Virus record (IMG/VR): IMGVR_UViG_3300018080_005856
Span: 64,001-128,000 of that record
Reading direction: 5' to 3' (one strand)
Length of the DNA stretch: 64,000 nt
DNA from: a virus
Positions within the stretch are counted from its first letter, which is position 1; the number at the start of each line of letters is the position of its first letter. A program made the translations under genes and the position numbers. Under the pieces are notes generated by a model. The model searched no databases. It saw nothing but the letters and a program-made list of their open reading frames with translations, and was not told the origin of the DNA. This document shows positions 49,301-57,700 of the stretch, one piece after another.

Positions 49301-52300
49301 TCAGGGCGCCACTCAGTAGATGTTACTGACTCAGCACTTGTACATGATATAGTAGACCTGATGAAAGGAGCAAAACCAGATGAAGCTGTGTTCTTAGAGT
49401 TACCGGAAACAATAGTTATGAACGGAAAGGAGGTAAGATACATACCTATAGATAAGTTCGATGTAGCTGATACCTTCGAACTAGAAGCACGAAGAGGACC
49501 AGATGGTACCACCCTGGATGATTATCTGCATAAGAAGTTTACAACCGGTTCTGGGTTTCACAGTAACCGAATGTACATAATGAAAGAGACAGCACGGATA
49601 TCCGAAGAGATGAGAATGTTGAAGAGAAATAGGAAGGGTACCTCTCATTTGAAAGAAGAAATGAAAATAGCTGTATCCAGGTATTATGCTGAGTTGGATA
49701 GACTTCTCAATATGAAGAACAGCCCGGCTCTAAAAGCAATGTTCTCATATAATATGCCTTTCAGTATGAGAGGGGTAATAAACAGTTTATCAAAACATGA
49801 CGCTGGCAAACTCGTAAAGGGAGTAGATGGTATACCGGTAGATCAAATGTATATACATGCTGACTATGCTACGCAACTTATATCAGGTGGAAAGATAAAG
49901 AGCATGTCACATGCCAGGAACTTGGCTAGAAGCACCGAGGCTATATTAAAAGTCCAGGAACTTCTAAAAGGAGTTGATACTTCGTTCTTCGAAACATCAT
50001 CAGTAGATGATATGGCAGAACTAACAGTCAAACTGGGTAAGAGCTTGGGGAGAATGACAAGAGAAACCAAGGCAACTATGGATCTTCAAACTGTCAAGGA
50101 ACTAATAGGCCTGGGCTATGCTGCCAGAAAGCGGGGATCTACTATGCTAAGGTCAATGTTGGAGTCTAAGGATGGACGCTCAAGAATGGGAAGGCTGGCA
50201 AATGAACTCAAGAACTCTTCATTGATGAAAGGTGAACTAGACGGCATGGCTGCAGACGATCTTAAAAGAGTAAGGGCCATGAGTAAATACACTCTAGAAA
50301 CAGTTCAGGCTATTCAAGAGGGTACCTTGGAAGTTGGGGGAGTCATGGTACGGGCGCCTGAGCTTTCCCAGATGTCCATGAACTATTTCAAAATGAAGGT
50401 CCTTGGAGCTACAGAGTTTTCCCAAAAGACTGTAAACGATAAGTTGGTCAAGGAAATACTAAGCCGCATGAAGGATGATAAGGGAAAGGGAGGCATGTAT
50501 ATAGCCAAAGAGGCGGCAAAGCAGATAAGCGGTGACCAGGATATGGACCCTAGCGGGTTTGTTGTTACTACCCTAGATGTGCTTGAAAACCAATCAAAGA
50601 AGGTTGCTCAGCTATCTATATTAAAGGAGGCAAAGCTTCTAGGAGTAAAGGGTAGTGATATACAGAAAGCACTGTATCATGACGTCACAGAAGAGACTCT
50701 AGTAAATCTTACCATGTCAAGATTATTCCAAACAGCTACAGACGACGAGGGAAAGATCATACTACAAAGACCAGCTAGTATATCCGCTATCACACAAATG
50801 GATGCCATGGGAGACCTTCTAAAGGAAGCCAGAGTAGATATAAAGGGAATAGAACAGTACGTAGGAGAATCGCTGTTGGGATTCTATCCGGATCCGGCTG
50901 ACCTAAAGGCACTAGGTCTTACTCATGTGCAGGTAAGAGACAATGTTGTTGATAAGATAATGAAGGAGGCCAGAAAGTATCTGGGAAACAACGCAAGGCT
51001 GGAAAACCTTTCTGTTATAGTAGGAACCAGGGAGTTACCTAATAAGTCCATAAGAAAGACTGTAGAGCAGCCGAGTATAGCTGTAAAAGATCCCCAGAAA
51101 CTTATATCTGAGACGCCCGAAGCAGCTCCAATAGTTGCCAAGCAGGCCATTACTGCTGATGAACTTTATGTTCGTGATGCAATATCAAAAGTAGACGCGT
51201 CAGAGTTCAAGGCTTATCAGGAAAGAGTTATAAGAGAAGAAGCCCCAAGGTTCCAAATAATAAAGGAGCAGGTACCGACTGGATACAACGCTGCAAAGGC
51301 CTTATACACTCTGAACTACAGTTACGTAACAAATGAAGCAGACAAGGCATTCCTTACATGGATGGCAGATAAAGTACTAGCACAGAATGTAATTTCCTCC
51401 AAGCATGGTACTCCCCAGGTTCTCGTAGACATGACTAAGACTCTTAGGAAACTTGGCAGCATACATAACGAAGTGATGGAAGCTGATATAACAAAGCTTG
51501 TTACGCAGAATGCGTATCTTACTGTGAGCCAAGCTGAGAAAGAGGACATGGCAAGATTAGGGTTCAAAACGGAAGATGTGAATATGGATCTTTACCAGGA
51601 CTATATTGACAAGAAGTTGGTCAATCTTACTGAGTTGAATAACATACATGAGACAGTTACCAATGATATGATAACAAACGCCTCTACTCTCCGTAGCAGC
51701 GAGATGGATATAGAGAAAGTGTTCCGTTCAACTGTAGATCTTAAAGTGAAGAACAGTTCTCTTCTCAAGAATTATCAAATGCTGGAGATGGATTTCACTC
51801 CTCTATTAGTATCTAATGAATTAAGAAGAGCTAAGGAAGCTAAAGAGAACGTAGCCAAGTTTAGAAAGAAGATGACAATGGCTAGTGTTCTGGGAGAACC
51901 TGAAGATGTGATAAGACAGAGATATATTACTATGATAGGAGCTATGAGAGAATACTCTTTTAAGAACAGGGGAATAAGTGTATTTGATGACCCAGCAGTT
52001 AGCACGTTCAGACATATGGAGGGAGGGGAAAGATCTGCCCTGGAGCTCATAAAACGATTCGTAAGCAGAGAATCAACAAGAACAAATAGCGCTGACGGGA
52101 TTGTCACAGTAAGAGCTCAAAATACCATAGAGGGAAGGCTCATTAAACTAGGAGCAGTTATCACAGGACGCAACGATATAAACCGTATGATAATAGGCGG
52201 AGATACGTTATCTGACCGCCAAATGAGATTAAATTACCTCCACAGCCGAGAATTACGGCAACTCAGAAGAAGCTATGCTGAAAGAATAGTAGAAGAGAGC

Positions 52301-52732
52301 AGTGTATTCCGTACTGGATCTATGTTTAATCTGATAGAGAAGAAAATAGTGCAGAGTACTGACACAGTAGCCCAGGATATGGCTCTAAAAAGAGTAGGTA
52401 AACTGAAAGGGGCCAGTTTGCTTGTAGGTCTTTTAGCTGGTACAATAATAGGGCAGTCAATAAATCAGATTGCACATGGATATCCTGTTCCAGATCTAGG
52501 AGGAATAAGAGAAGGTCTTGGGGGAGAATACTTTGAGAATAGATCGGGTTACCTCGGAAGAGAAATAGAGGCAACCATGGGGCACAGACCAACCAAGATA
52601 ACCTCCAACAGAATATACGAGAATGTGGTTAATCGAGAACTTGGTTCTATAGGCGACGCTGAGGTGGCTGCCGGGTCCACGGTGGGAGTACGGAACCTTT
52701 CACCATATCTCAAAGGTACTATAATAAGATGA
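46367..52732 (+). CDS. Single-chain two-barrel (beta+beta'-like) RNA polymerase, probably virion-packaged
   Basis: Ordered motifs: PLGLMTKATQSKVMI, EMLVNMD, H-x7-AR, GGFR, FSMRGVI, VRAPELS, SGDQDMD, K-x5-GY (bridge-like) and QNVISSKH (trigger-like). Confidence 0.78.
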   Translation: MAFTDPRRAIAKAEQGEMSEFSTIKNLGLIGMISVTGIRLSNYMERQRAAIEENVLRAKTEIERAALIFTDDTNMKLNTKEGTVSRVEYIDTGEGYDPMAEWQALKEKGLSEPAPFTDTMMPAEMSDELYEQAKLVDDLNMRLAGREPMTASEASQSMARYRRLSDRLQKEYPGLQASVESVEGLRITKVTETGTDFLMHVHDGVRHEVINLPKWSSGILSWGGNMYATKQPAQITGNMIQVGGTIENVIKRVAERLRKGTFGRVGKARELRDIIRNQLHVNIGKLVDGHSIKHLLTKEVSFESLAAKFGGKPSEAGSQAREWVASLTDRLSVYAKTGPGLRRLDKIFPGNIPTISLTSSSEASFVKGFNMRTRLPYGVGPLDTRAKASTTRANYIKGKYMFDARMSPTKVASKLGPLPMDAADLLSKEMVEGLPGGFMNMGVYLGKGEIEKLGPGGGVYLLRNLMDPTGQMSEDLLNAREFDGVRERVHRIPITSRQEGMQILRDMKAMIGDKKELILRKGSQIGPIGSPRAVVMDERQKVTYTNIIEDELIIRTEADRPLGLMTKATQSKVMIQRVEMAGTSSELFSSLHPESTLIGKMVQQTKAAQLGAEMLVNMDALMKYQGGGLGWGIIQKTMSDLINLKKAEIARIHKENASKILPTEMKKLEGELKDLLRTFLGADIDNVVHSVGIVQDANRPYIILKGADQMPSGVAATMADPAFYKLIDIEDAFFKASAGDWSKLEEYERRVSTHAKNVGLPQYRMITTVSNVEREMASMVEKSEQFMPTIVRTRLSKGGKVGHKMIWAMAQVPWMTHQQNAYEYARFGGLVRSKGGYSGGFRSTLDHYEIAKTAGWHQYARYLDMLMDHDMDYIRDKMYTAEAMLLGPKASLQKPPIGTINVSGMTVIKQAQLNQTGINKRLAEYNFHEGAMKYAGIWRVHHSNLSGLQGAIDDPEVKHLIDDGIIQFDDLRTTAHAASGRHSVDVTDSALVHDIVDLMKGAKPDEAVFLELPETIVMNGKEVRYIPIDKFDVADTFELEARRGPDGTTLDDYLHKKFTTGSGFHSNRMYIMKETARISEEMRMLKRNRKGTSHLKEEMKIAVSRYYAELDRLLNMKNSPALKAMFSYNMPFSMRGVINSLSKHDAGKLVKGVDGIPVDQMYIHADYATQLISGGKIKSMSHARNLARSTEAILKVQELLKGVDTSFFETSSVDDMAELTVKLGKSLGRMTRETKATMDLQTVKELIGLGYAARKRGSTMLRSMLESKDGRSRMGRLANELKNSSLMKGELDGMAADDLKRVRAMSKYTLETVQAIQEGTLEVGGVMVRAPELSQMSMNYFKMKVLGATEFSQKTVNDKLVKEILSRMKDDKGKGGMYIAKEAAKQISGDQDMDPSGFVVTTLDVLENQSKKVAQLSILKEAKLLGVKGSDIQKALYHDVTEETLVNLTMSRLFQTATDDEGKIILQRPASISAITQMDAMGDLLKEARVDIKGIEQYVGESLLGFYPDPADLKALGLTHVQVRDNVVDKIMKEARKYLGNNARLENLSVIVGTRELPNKSIRKTVEQPSIAVKDPQKLISETPEAAPIVAKQAITADELYVRDAISKVDASEFKAYQERVIREEAPRFQIIKEQVPTGYNAAKALYTLNYSYVTNEADKAFLTWMADKVLAQNVISSKHGTPQVLVDMTKTLRKLGSIHNEVMEADITKLVTQNAYLTVSQAEKEDMARLGFKTEDVNMDLYQDYIDKKLVNLTELNNIHETVTNDMITNASTLRSSEMDIEKVFRSTVDLKVKNSSLLKNYQMLEMDFTPLLVSNELRRAKEAKENVAKFRKKMTMASVLGEPEDVIRQRYITMIGAMREYSFKNRGISVFDDPAVSTFRHMEGGERSALELIKRFVSRESTRTNSADGIVTVRAQNTIEGRLIKLGAVITGRNDINRMIIGGDTLSDRQMRLNYLHSRELRQLRRSYAERIVEESSVFRTGSMFNLIEKKIVQSTDTVAQDMALKRVGKLKGASLLVGLLAGTIIGQSINQIAHGYPVPDLGGIREGLGGEYFENRSGYLGREIEATMGHRPTKITSNRIYENVVNRELGSIGDAEVAAGSTVGVRNLSPYLKGTIIR

Positions 52733-52881
52733 AGATAACATTGTATGTACGACCTGATGCCAATGTATCATCATATGCCAGGTCCATAAAGTCACTCATA
52801 GAAGAAGAAACCGGGCAGTTGTGTATAGTGAAGGTTTCTGAAAGTAAATTTAAGCCTGTGAAGGTAAAAGAAGAGAGTTAA
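52729..52881 (+). CDS. 50-aa hypothetical protein
   Basis: Below the track cutoff. MKITLYVRPDANVSSYARSIKSLIEEETGQLCIVKVSESKFKPVKVKEES; ATGA overlap upstream and TAATG overlap downstream. Confidence 0.65.
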   Translation: MKITLYVRPDANVSSYARSIKSLIEEETGQLCIVKVSESKFKPVKVKEES

Positions 52882-54767
52882 TGAGTACTTCCTCGGATAA
52901 CATAAGAAGGATGGCTGCCGGAGAACCTATAGCTAGGATAGGCGCTATATGGTACGGTGATGTAAGCGGGACAACTATTCCTAACATATACTATTTCGGG
53001 AATAAGAATATGCAGAGTGTTATGCCACTGCGGGCAGAGTCAGCTATATCGTTCTCAACTTCTAGTCCTCCTGTAGATATGTTACAGATGGAAATAGTGA
53101 TCAACTACAGCAAGTTCGTCACACATCTCCAGCGCCTTATGGCACAGATACAGATATCTCCAGTGCTACCAGTACAAAACCCGGTTGTTGCTGCAATGAC
53201 ACAGCCTGTACAGACCAACAAAGAGGTGTACGTTGCCTATGGTTTCATGAATGTCAATGATAAAGATATAAAAGACTCCTCAAATCGCAGGGCACTTATG
53301 AACATGTATGCTACTGTGCCTGTCAATATGAAAATAGACAACGCAGTTATAGAAACTATTCCTGGCAATCCCAGAGATGTAAGAGTAATCCTGAGGCTTA
53401 CCAGGACATTAACAGCTACTGTATATGGTGATAAAACACAGTATATCAGAACTATGGAAGGGGCTGTAAATCAGAACAAGTACATAGAGAAACTTCTATC
53501 AGAAAGTGGCGATAATGAGCAAATAGCTGCTATGGCTACTATGATGGGAGTGAATACCCCAGCAATACAGGATGCTATAGATGCTATGTCTACTCCAATA
53601 TCGTTAGGAGAGGACATAGGTATAACTATAGGAGCAGAAGTGAATGAAGTACTTGCACCAGACCTATACCGGGTTACCACAGATGATGGTAATAGTGCTC
53701 TTATTATGCCATATGGTATTGAATGTTTTAACAGCAGAGAAAAGATAAGACTATTTATGGATGTAAGTCACTATGATGATTACCCAGTAAAAGGAGCAGA
53801 GAAGAACAGTGTAGAGGCTTTAGGATACTTTATAGGGAGTATGTTTGGACTTACCATTCCCAATGAAAGGTTGAGAATAACTGGACCTGATTTCTCAGGG
53901 GCCAATAACAGAATAACCATGCATACTATACAGAAGGGGCCAATAGGTCTTCTCGATAATCCCAATGCAAGCAATGAAGATGTTTCTATACATTATTGCA
54001 TCATAACTCATGATCAAATGGGAGATATAGGTAATACCTTATTATCGTTGGGAGAAGCTTTCGACTCTCCATTATATGATAGTGAGATAGTTCCAGAAGG
54101 ATACACAACAGCTAGGATTGCAGCAATAAAGGCTGGGGAAGAGACCGTATCAAAGCAAGAAGCTGGAGACACCTATAGTACGTATTCATGTGCCAAGGTA
54201 TTGACTAGGAATGCCAAGGCAGAAATACCATGGACACAAAGAAGAAACATGAGGAACAAGATTTCTACTGGGGTAGACCCATCTGTAGGATTTATATCAA
54301 GTCCATATACAGCTACGGTGGAATCTATAACTAATGGCGATACTATTGTTGTCAAGAAGTCAGACAATTCTTCAGTAACTCTTGGATTGTTTGGTATAGA
54401 TGCGCCGGAAACTGGACAACCTGGAGGAAATGAGGCAACAGCCTGTCTTTCTAGCTTGCTTCCAATAGGTAAAACTGTAACAATTCAACATGTTCCATCT
54501 GGTCCAGCCGGGGGTGAAGTAGATATATTTTCCAGATATTCATCAATAGTGAAATCAGGAAGACTTAATATAAATACAGAGATGCTGAAAAGGGGTATGG
54601 CGTGGGCATATCCTAACAAACGTTTTGATGTATTGAATGAAGAATACGAAAACCTTATGGTTGCTGCAAGAGATAGAAAGATAGGTATATGGGCATTGAC
54701 AGAGAAGAAAGCAAAATGGACTCCTGCCGAATACCGTAGATACATGCAGTCCAAGGGAAGGATATAA
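52881..54767 (+). CDS. Tail-associated protein with thermonuclease (SNase-like) domains
   Basis: C-terminal ITNGDT..LFGIDAPE..DIFSR..INTEMLKRGMAW..ARDRKIGIW, plus a second degenerate copy upstream. Confidence 0.8.
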   Translation: MSTSSDNIRRMAAGEPIARIGAIWYGDVSGTTIPNIYYFGNKNMQSVMPLRAESAISFSTSSPPVDMLQMEIVINYSKFVTHLQRLMAQIQISPVLPVQNPVVAAMTQPVQTNKEVYVAYGFMNVNDKDIKDSSNRRALMNMYATVPVNMKIDNAVIETIPGNPRDVRVILRLTRTLTATVYGDKTQYIRTMEGAVNQNKYIEKLLSESGDNEQIAAMATMMGVNTPAIQDAIDAMSTPISLGEDIGITIGAEVNEVLAPDLYRVTTDDGNSALIMPYGIECFNSREKIRLFMDVSHYDDYPVKGAEKNSVEALGYFIGSMFGLTIPNERLRITGPDFSGANNRITMHTIQKGPIGLLDNPNASNEDVSIHYCIITHDQMGDIGNTLLSLGEAFDSPLYDSEIVPEGYTTARIAAIKAGEETVSKQEAGDTYSTYSCAKVLTRNAKAEIPWTQRRNMRNKISTGVDPSVGFISSPYTATVESITNGDTIVVKKSDNSSVTLGLFGIDAPETGQPGGNEATACLSSLLPIGKTVTIQHVPSGPAGGEVDIFSRYSSIVKSGRLNINTEMLKRGMAWAYPNKRFDVLNEEYENLMVAARDRKIGIWALTEKKAKWTPAEYRRYMQSKGRI

Positions 54768-57700
54768 TGGCAAATAAGGTACATATAACTGACGAAGATA
54801 GAAAAGCAGCTGCCGACGTTTTCTCTGCATATACCGGTGAACTGGATGAAGATCAATATATAGATCCAGGTACTATACCAGTCACTGATGATATGAGTGA
54901 GTGCCAACCATTCATAGACCTTGTTAAACAGCTTACTGGAGAATCCACTACCGACATAGCTGATCTTCCGTTTGATAAGTACACACCATTTGACCAAACA
55001 CGTTTGGATCATCAGTTCAGGATAACAACAGTACATAAGGATCTTACAGCTATTGTACCAGAGGTAGACAGGTTCAAGGAATTCTACAGGATAGCTGAGC
55101 AATTTACTAATGAGAGTTCTCTGATAGTATCAGCAGCAATGGACTCCAATATCAAAGATATCACATGTATGCCTCCCTCTTATGTGTTTTCATATGCAGC
55201 AAAGAAGATCAGAGAAGTCATTACTATGCTGCAGAAGGAGAACATACCAGGGTTATCTGACCTGAAGGACTATGCCGGCAGATTTGATCGGCTAGCCTCA
55301 GACGCGAAACATATGCAGGCACCATATCCTGACACATCTACTCCTGCGTTTGATCCAGATGATTATGCTATCAGAATAGTTGCAGATAGTGTTACGTTCC
55401 CGCTTGTACCACGACTTAACGAAACGGAACCAACTGGGGACTTTGGATTTATGACTCCTGAGAGACCCTCACATAGAGGACTAGATCTTAAAGTCTACAC
55501 CGAGCAGGCAGTAAGCAATACGGGGAAAATATATTATACTTCTTCACACCCTGTTGTTGCAATTGCAGAAGGCAAGGTAATACATTGTACCTCTTCTAAC
55601 AATCTAGCTAAACCATGTGTACGATTCGATACTGATACTAATCATGGAGAAGATGTAGACGGGAAGATATTCGAGGGTAGAGACGGTGGGAACATCGTAA
55701 TCATATGGCATCCTGATCTTGGTAAAATGTCAGCATACATGCACCTTAGTGAAATATCTGTAAAGAAAGGTAACAGTGTATTAGCCGGTGATGTAATAGG
55801 AGTAGCAGGAAATACTGGTGGATCTACCGGACCGCATCTCCATTTCGAGATGAGAGATCCTTCCCTAGCCAAGGGAGCGGCAGCAGATATCTCATCGTGG
55901 AGAAAAGGAGTACCAATAAACCCATGGCCATACATTGGTGGAGGATATAATGGGGATCCCACAAACTCTGAACCAGCCATAAAGCTTGAAGCAACTCAGG
56001 GAAACCTGAAGGCTGAGGATACAGTAGAAGACTTCAGAGAATATCTCAATTCTTTAACAATGTCACCGGCGGAGAACCCCGAAGATCAATCAAATGTACT
56101 ATATGCAATTCACAGACAGATAATGGCTAGGGTAACTTCTTCCGTTCACTCTGTGTATGTTAATGATATCAGCGGGAAAGCTGAACAAGTGACAATAAAC
56201 TGGATGCCGGGAACAAGCAAAGCTATTCCTATAGAGGGGCAAAGTGCACCGGTTATACAATCACTTGGTGGAAGAAACGTGCAGGTTTCTATTTCGTTAA
56301 AAGGCATTAGTCCTGTAGAAGTGGCCAAGATAGCTCTTATGTTTAAGGTTCCCAGTACTGACGAAACAATAGCAGGTATGCTGACGCTAGCAAGAAGTGG
56401 CATGTTCGGAGAAACATCCATCAGAAACAGTTACCTGCAAAGATGGTACAGAACTGATCAAATAGAGAGCATGTTACGTGGCATAAGTGGTTCCACCCAA
56501 AAAGTACATCTAGATGAACCAGTAATCGTAGATAATGAATACCTTAACTCTATGGGGCTTAAAACCTTTCATCCTATAAGTATGGAAGTGAAAACAGTTC
56601 CCCAAGCATCAGAAGCATATGACATACTTCTAACGCTATCATATATGAACCTCAGAAATAGAAGCTTAGAATCTTTGAAGAAAAGCAGACATGGTATTCA
56701 GGCACCAGTTTTACCTGTAACGGCTAGAGTTTTTCCAGAAAAGGCAACGGGAGATTCAGGGTTCGGACTAGAATCCGATTATCAAGCATATGGGATACTG
56801 AGTAGATTGTCCATTGTAAACTGTCTTGCTGAAATATTACCTCTGTATATCATGTCCAGAGTGTATAGGTTGTATAAAACTATGTCAGAATATACTCCAG
56901 GATCAGTAATAGATCTAGACGGACTAGATATCATGACAAAGATCCTAGCACCAACCGGCATAGATACGGCCATAGAGAAAGTATTCTCCACAGTAAGAGA
57001 TTACGATACGGATGTTCCCTCCTTCTCCAGTGCTATACTCGATGCATCTATGGAACTTGCCAACCTGGGGACTGTTGCAGCATTGTCACGTTACACTGAA
57101 AAGACAATAGAAGTAGCAAAACAGGGTACAGGCAGCAATAAGTTCTCAAAGATTGTTGCCGCAACACTTGGTGCTGTTACTACGTTAAACAGTGTTCTGA
57201 AATACGCTTTTGGTCCTGTTGGCACCCCAGAAGTAAACAGAGGAGCGGAGACAAGAACACTTTATATGAACATTCCCAGCCTTGCTCCTATAATGATATG
57301 GTCATTGTTAGCGGAATTTATAGACAGATTATCAGCCGGGAAGGAGAATGAGTTCTTTTCAGAAATATCCAATGATGTCATAGATATGTTGAATGATTCC
57401 TATGCTGAGCCCAATGTCAGAACACTCAGAATTGGTGGGAGCGATGAAGTATTCGTAGAAGTAAAGGGAGCTATAGGACAAGAAGCAGCTGGTGGAGAAT
57501 ACAAACCTCTGTTTATCGGAGAGATAAAACTCTCTATGATAATGGGAGGAGAACACGATGATAGTGAACGCAATACTCTATTCGGAAGCATAGATGTCAG
57601 TGAAGGTCTTGGTCAAATATGGTTCGGATCCGAAGATGCTAAAGCTTTAAGGAAGAAGCTTGTGGATGAAATCGAAACCATGGCCAGGAATCCGAGAGGA

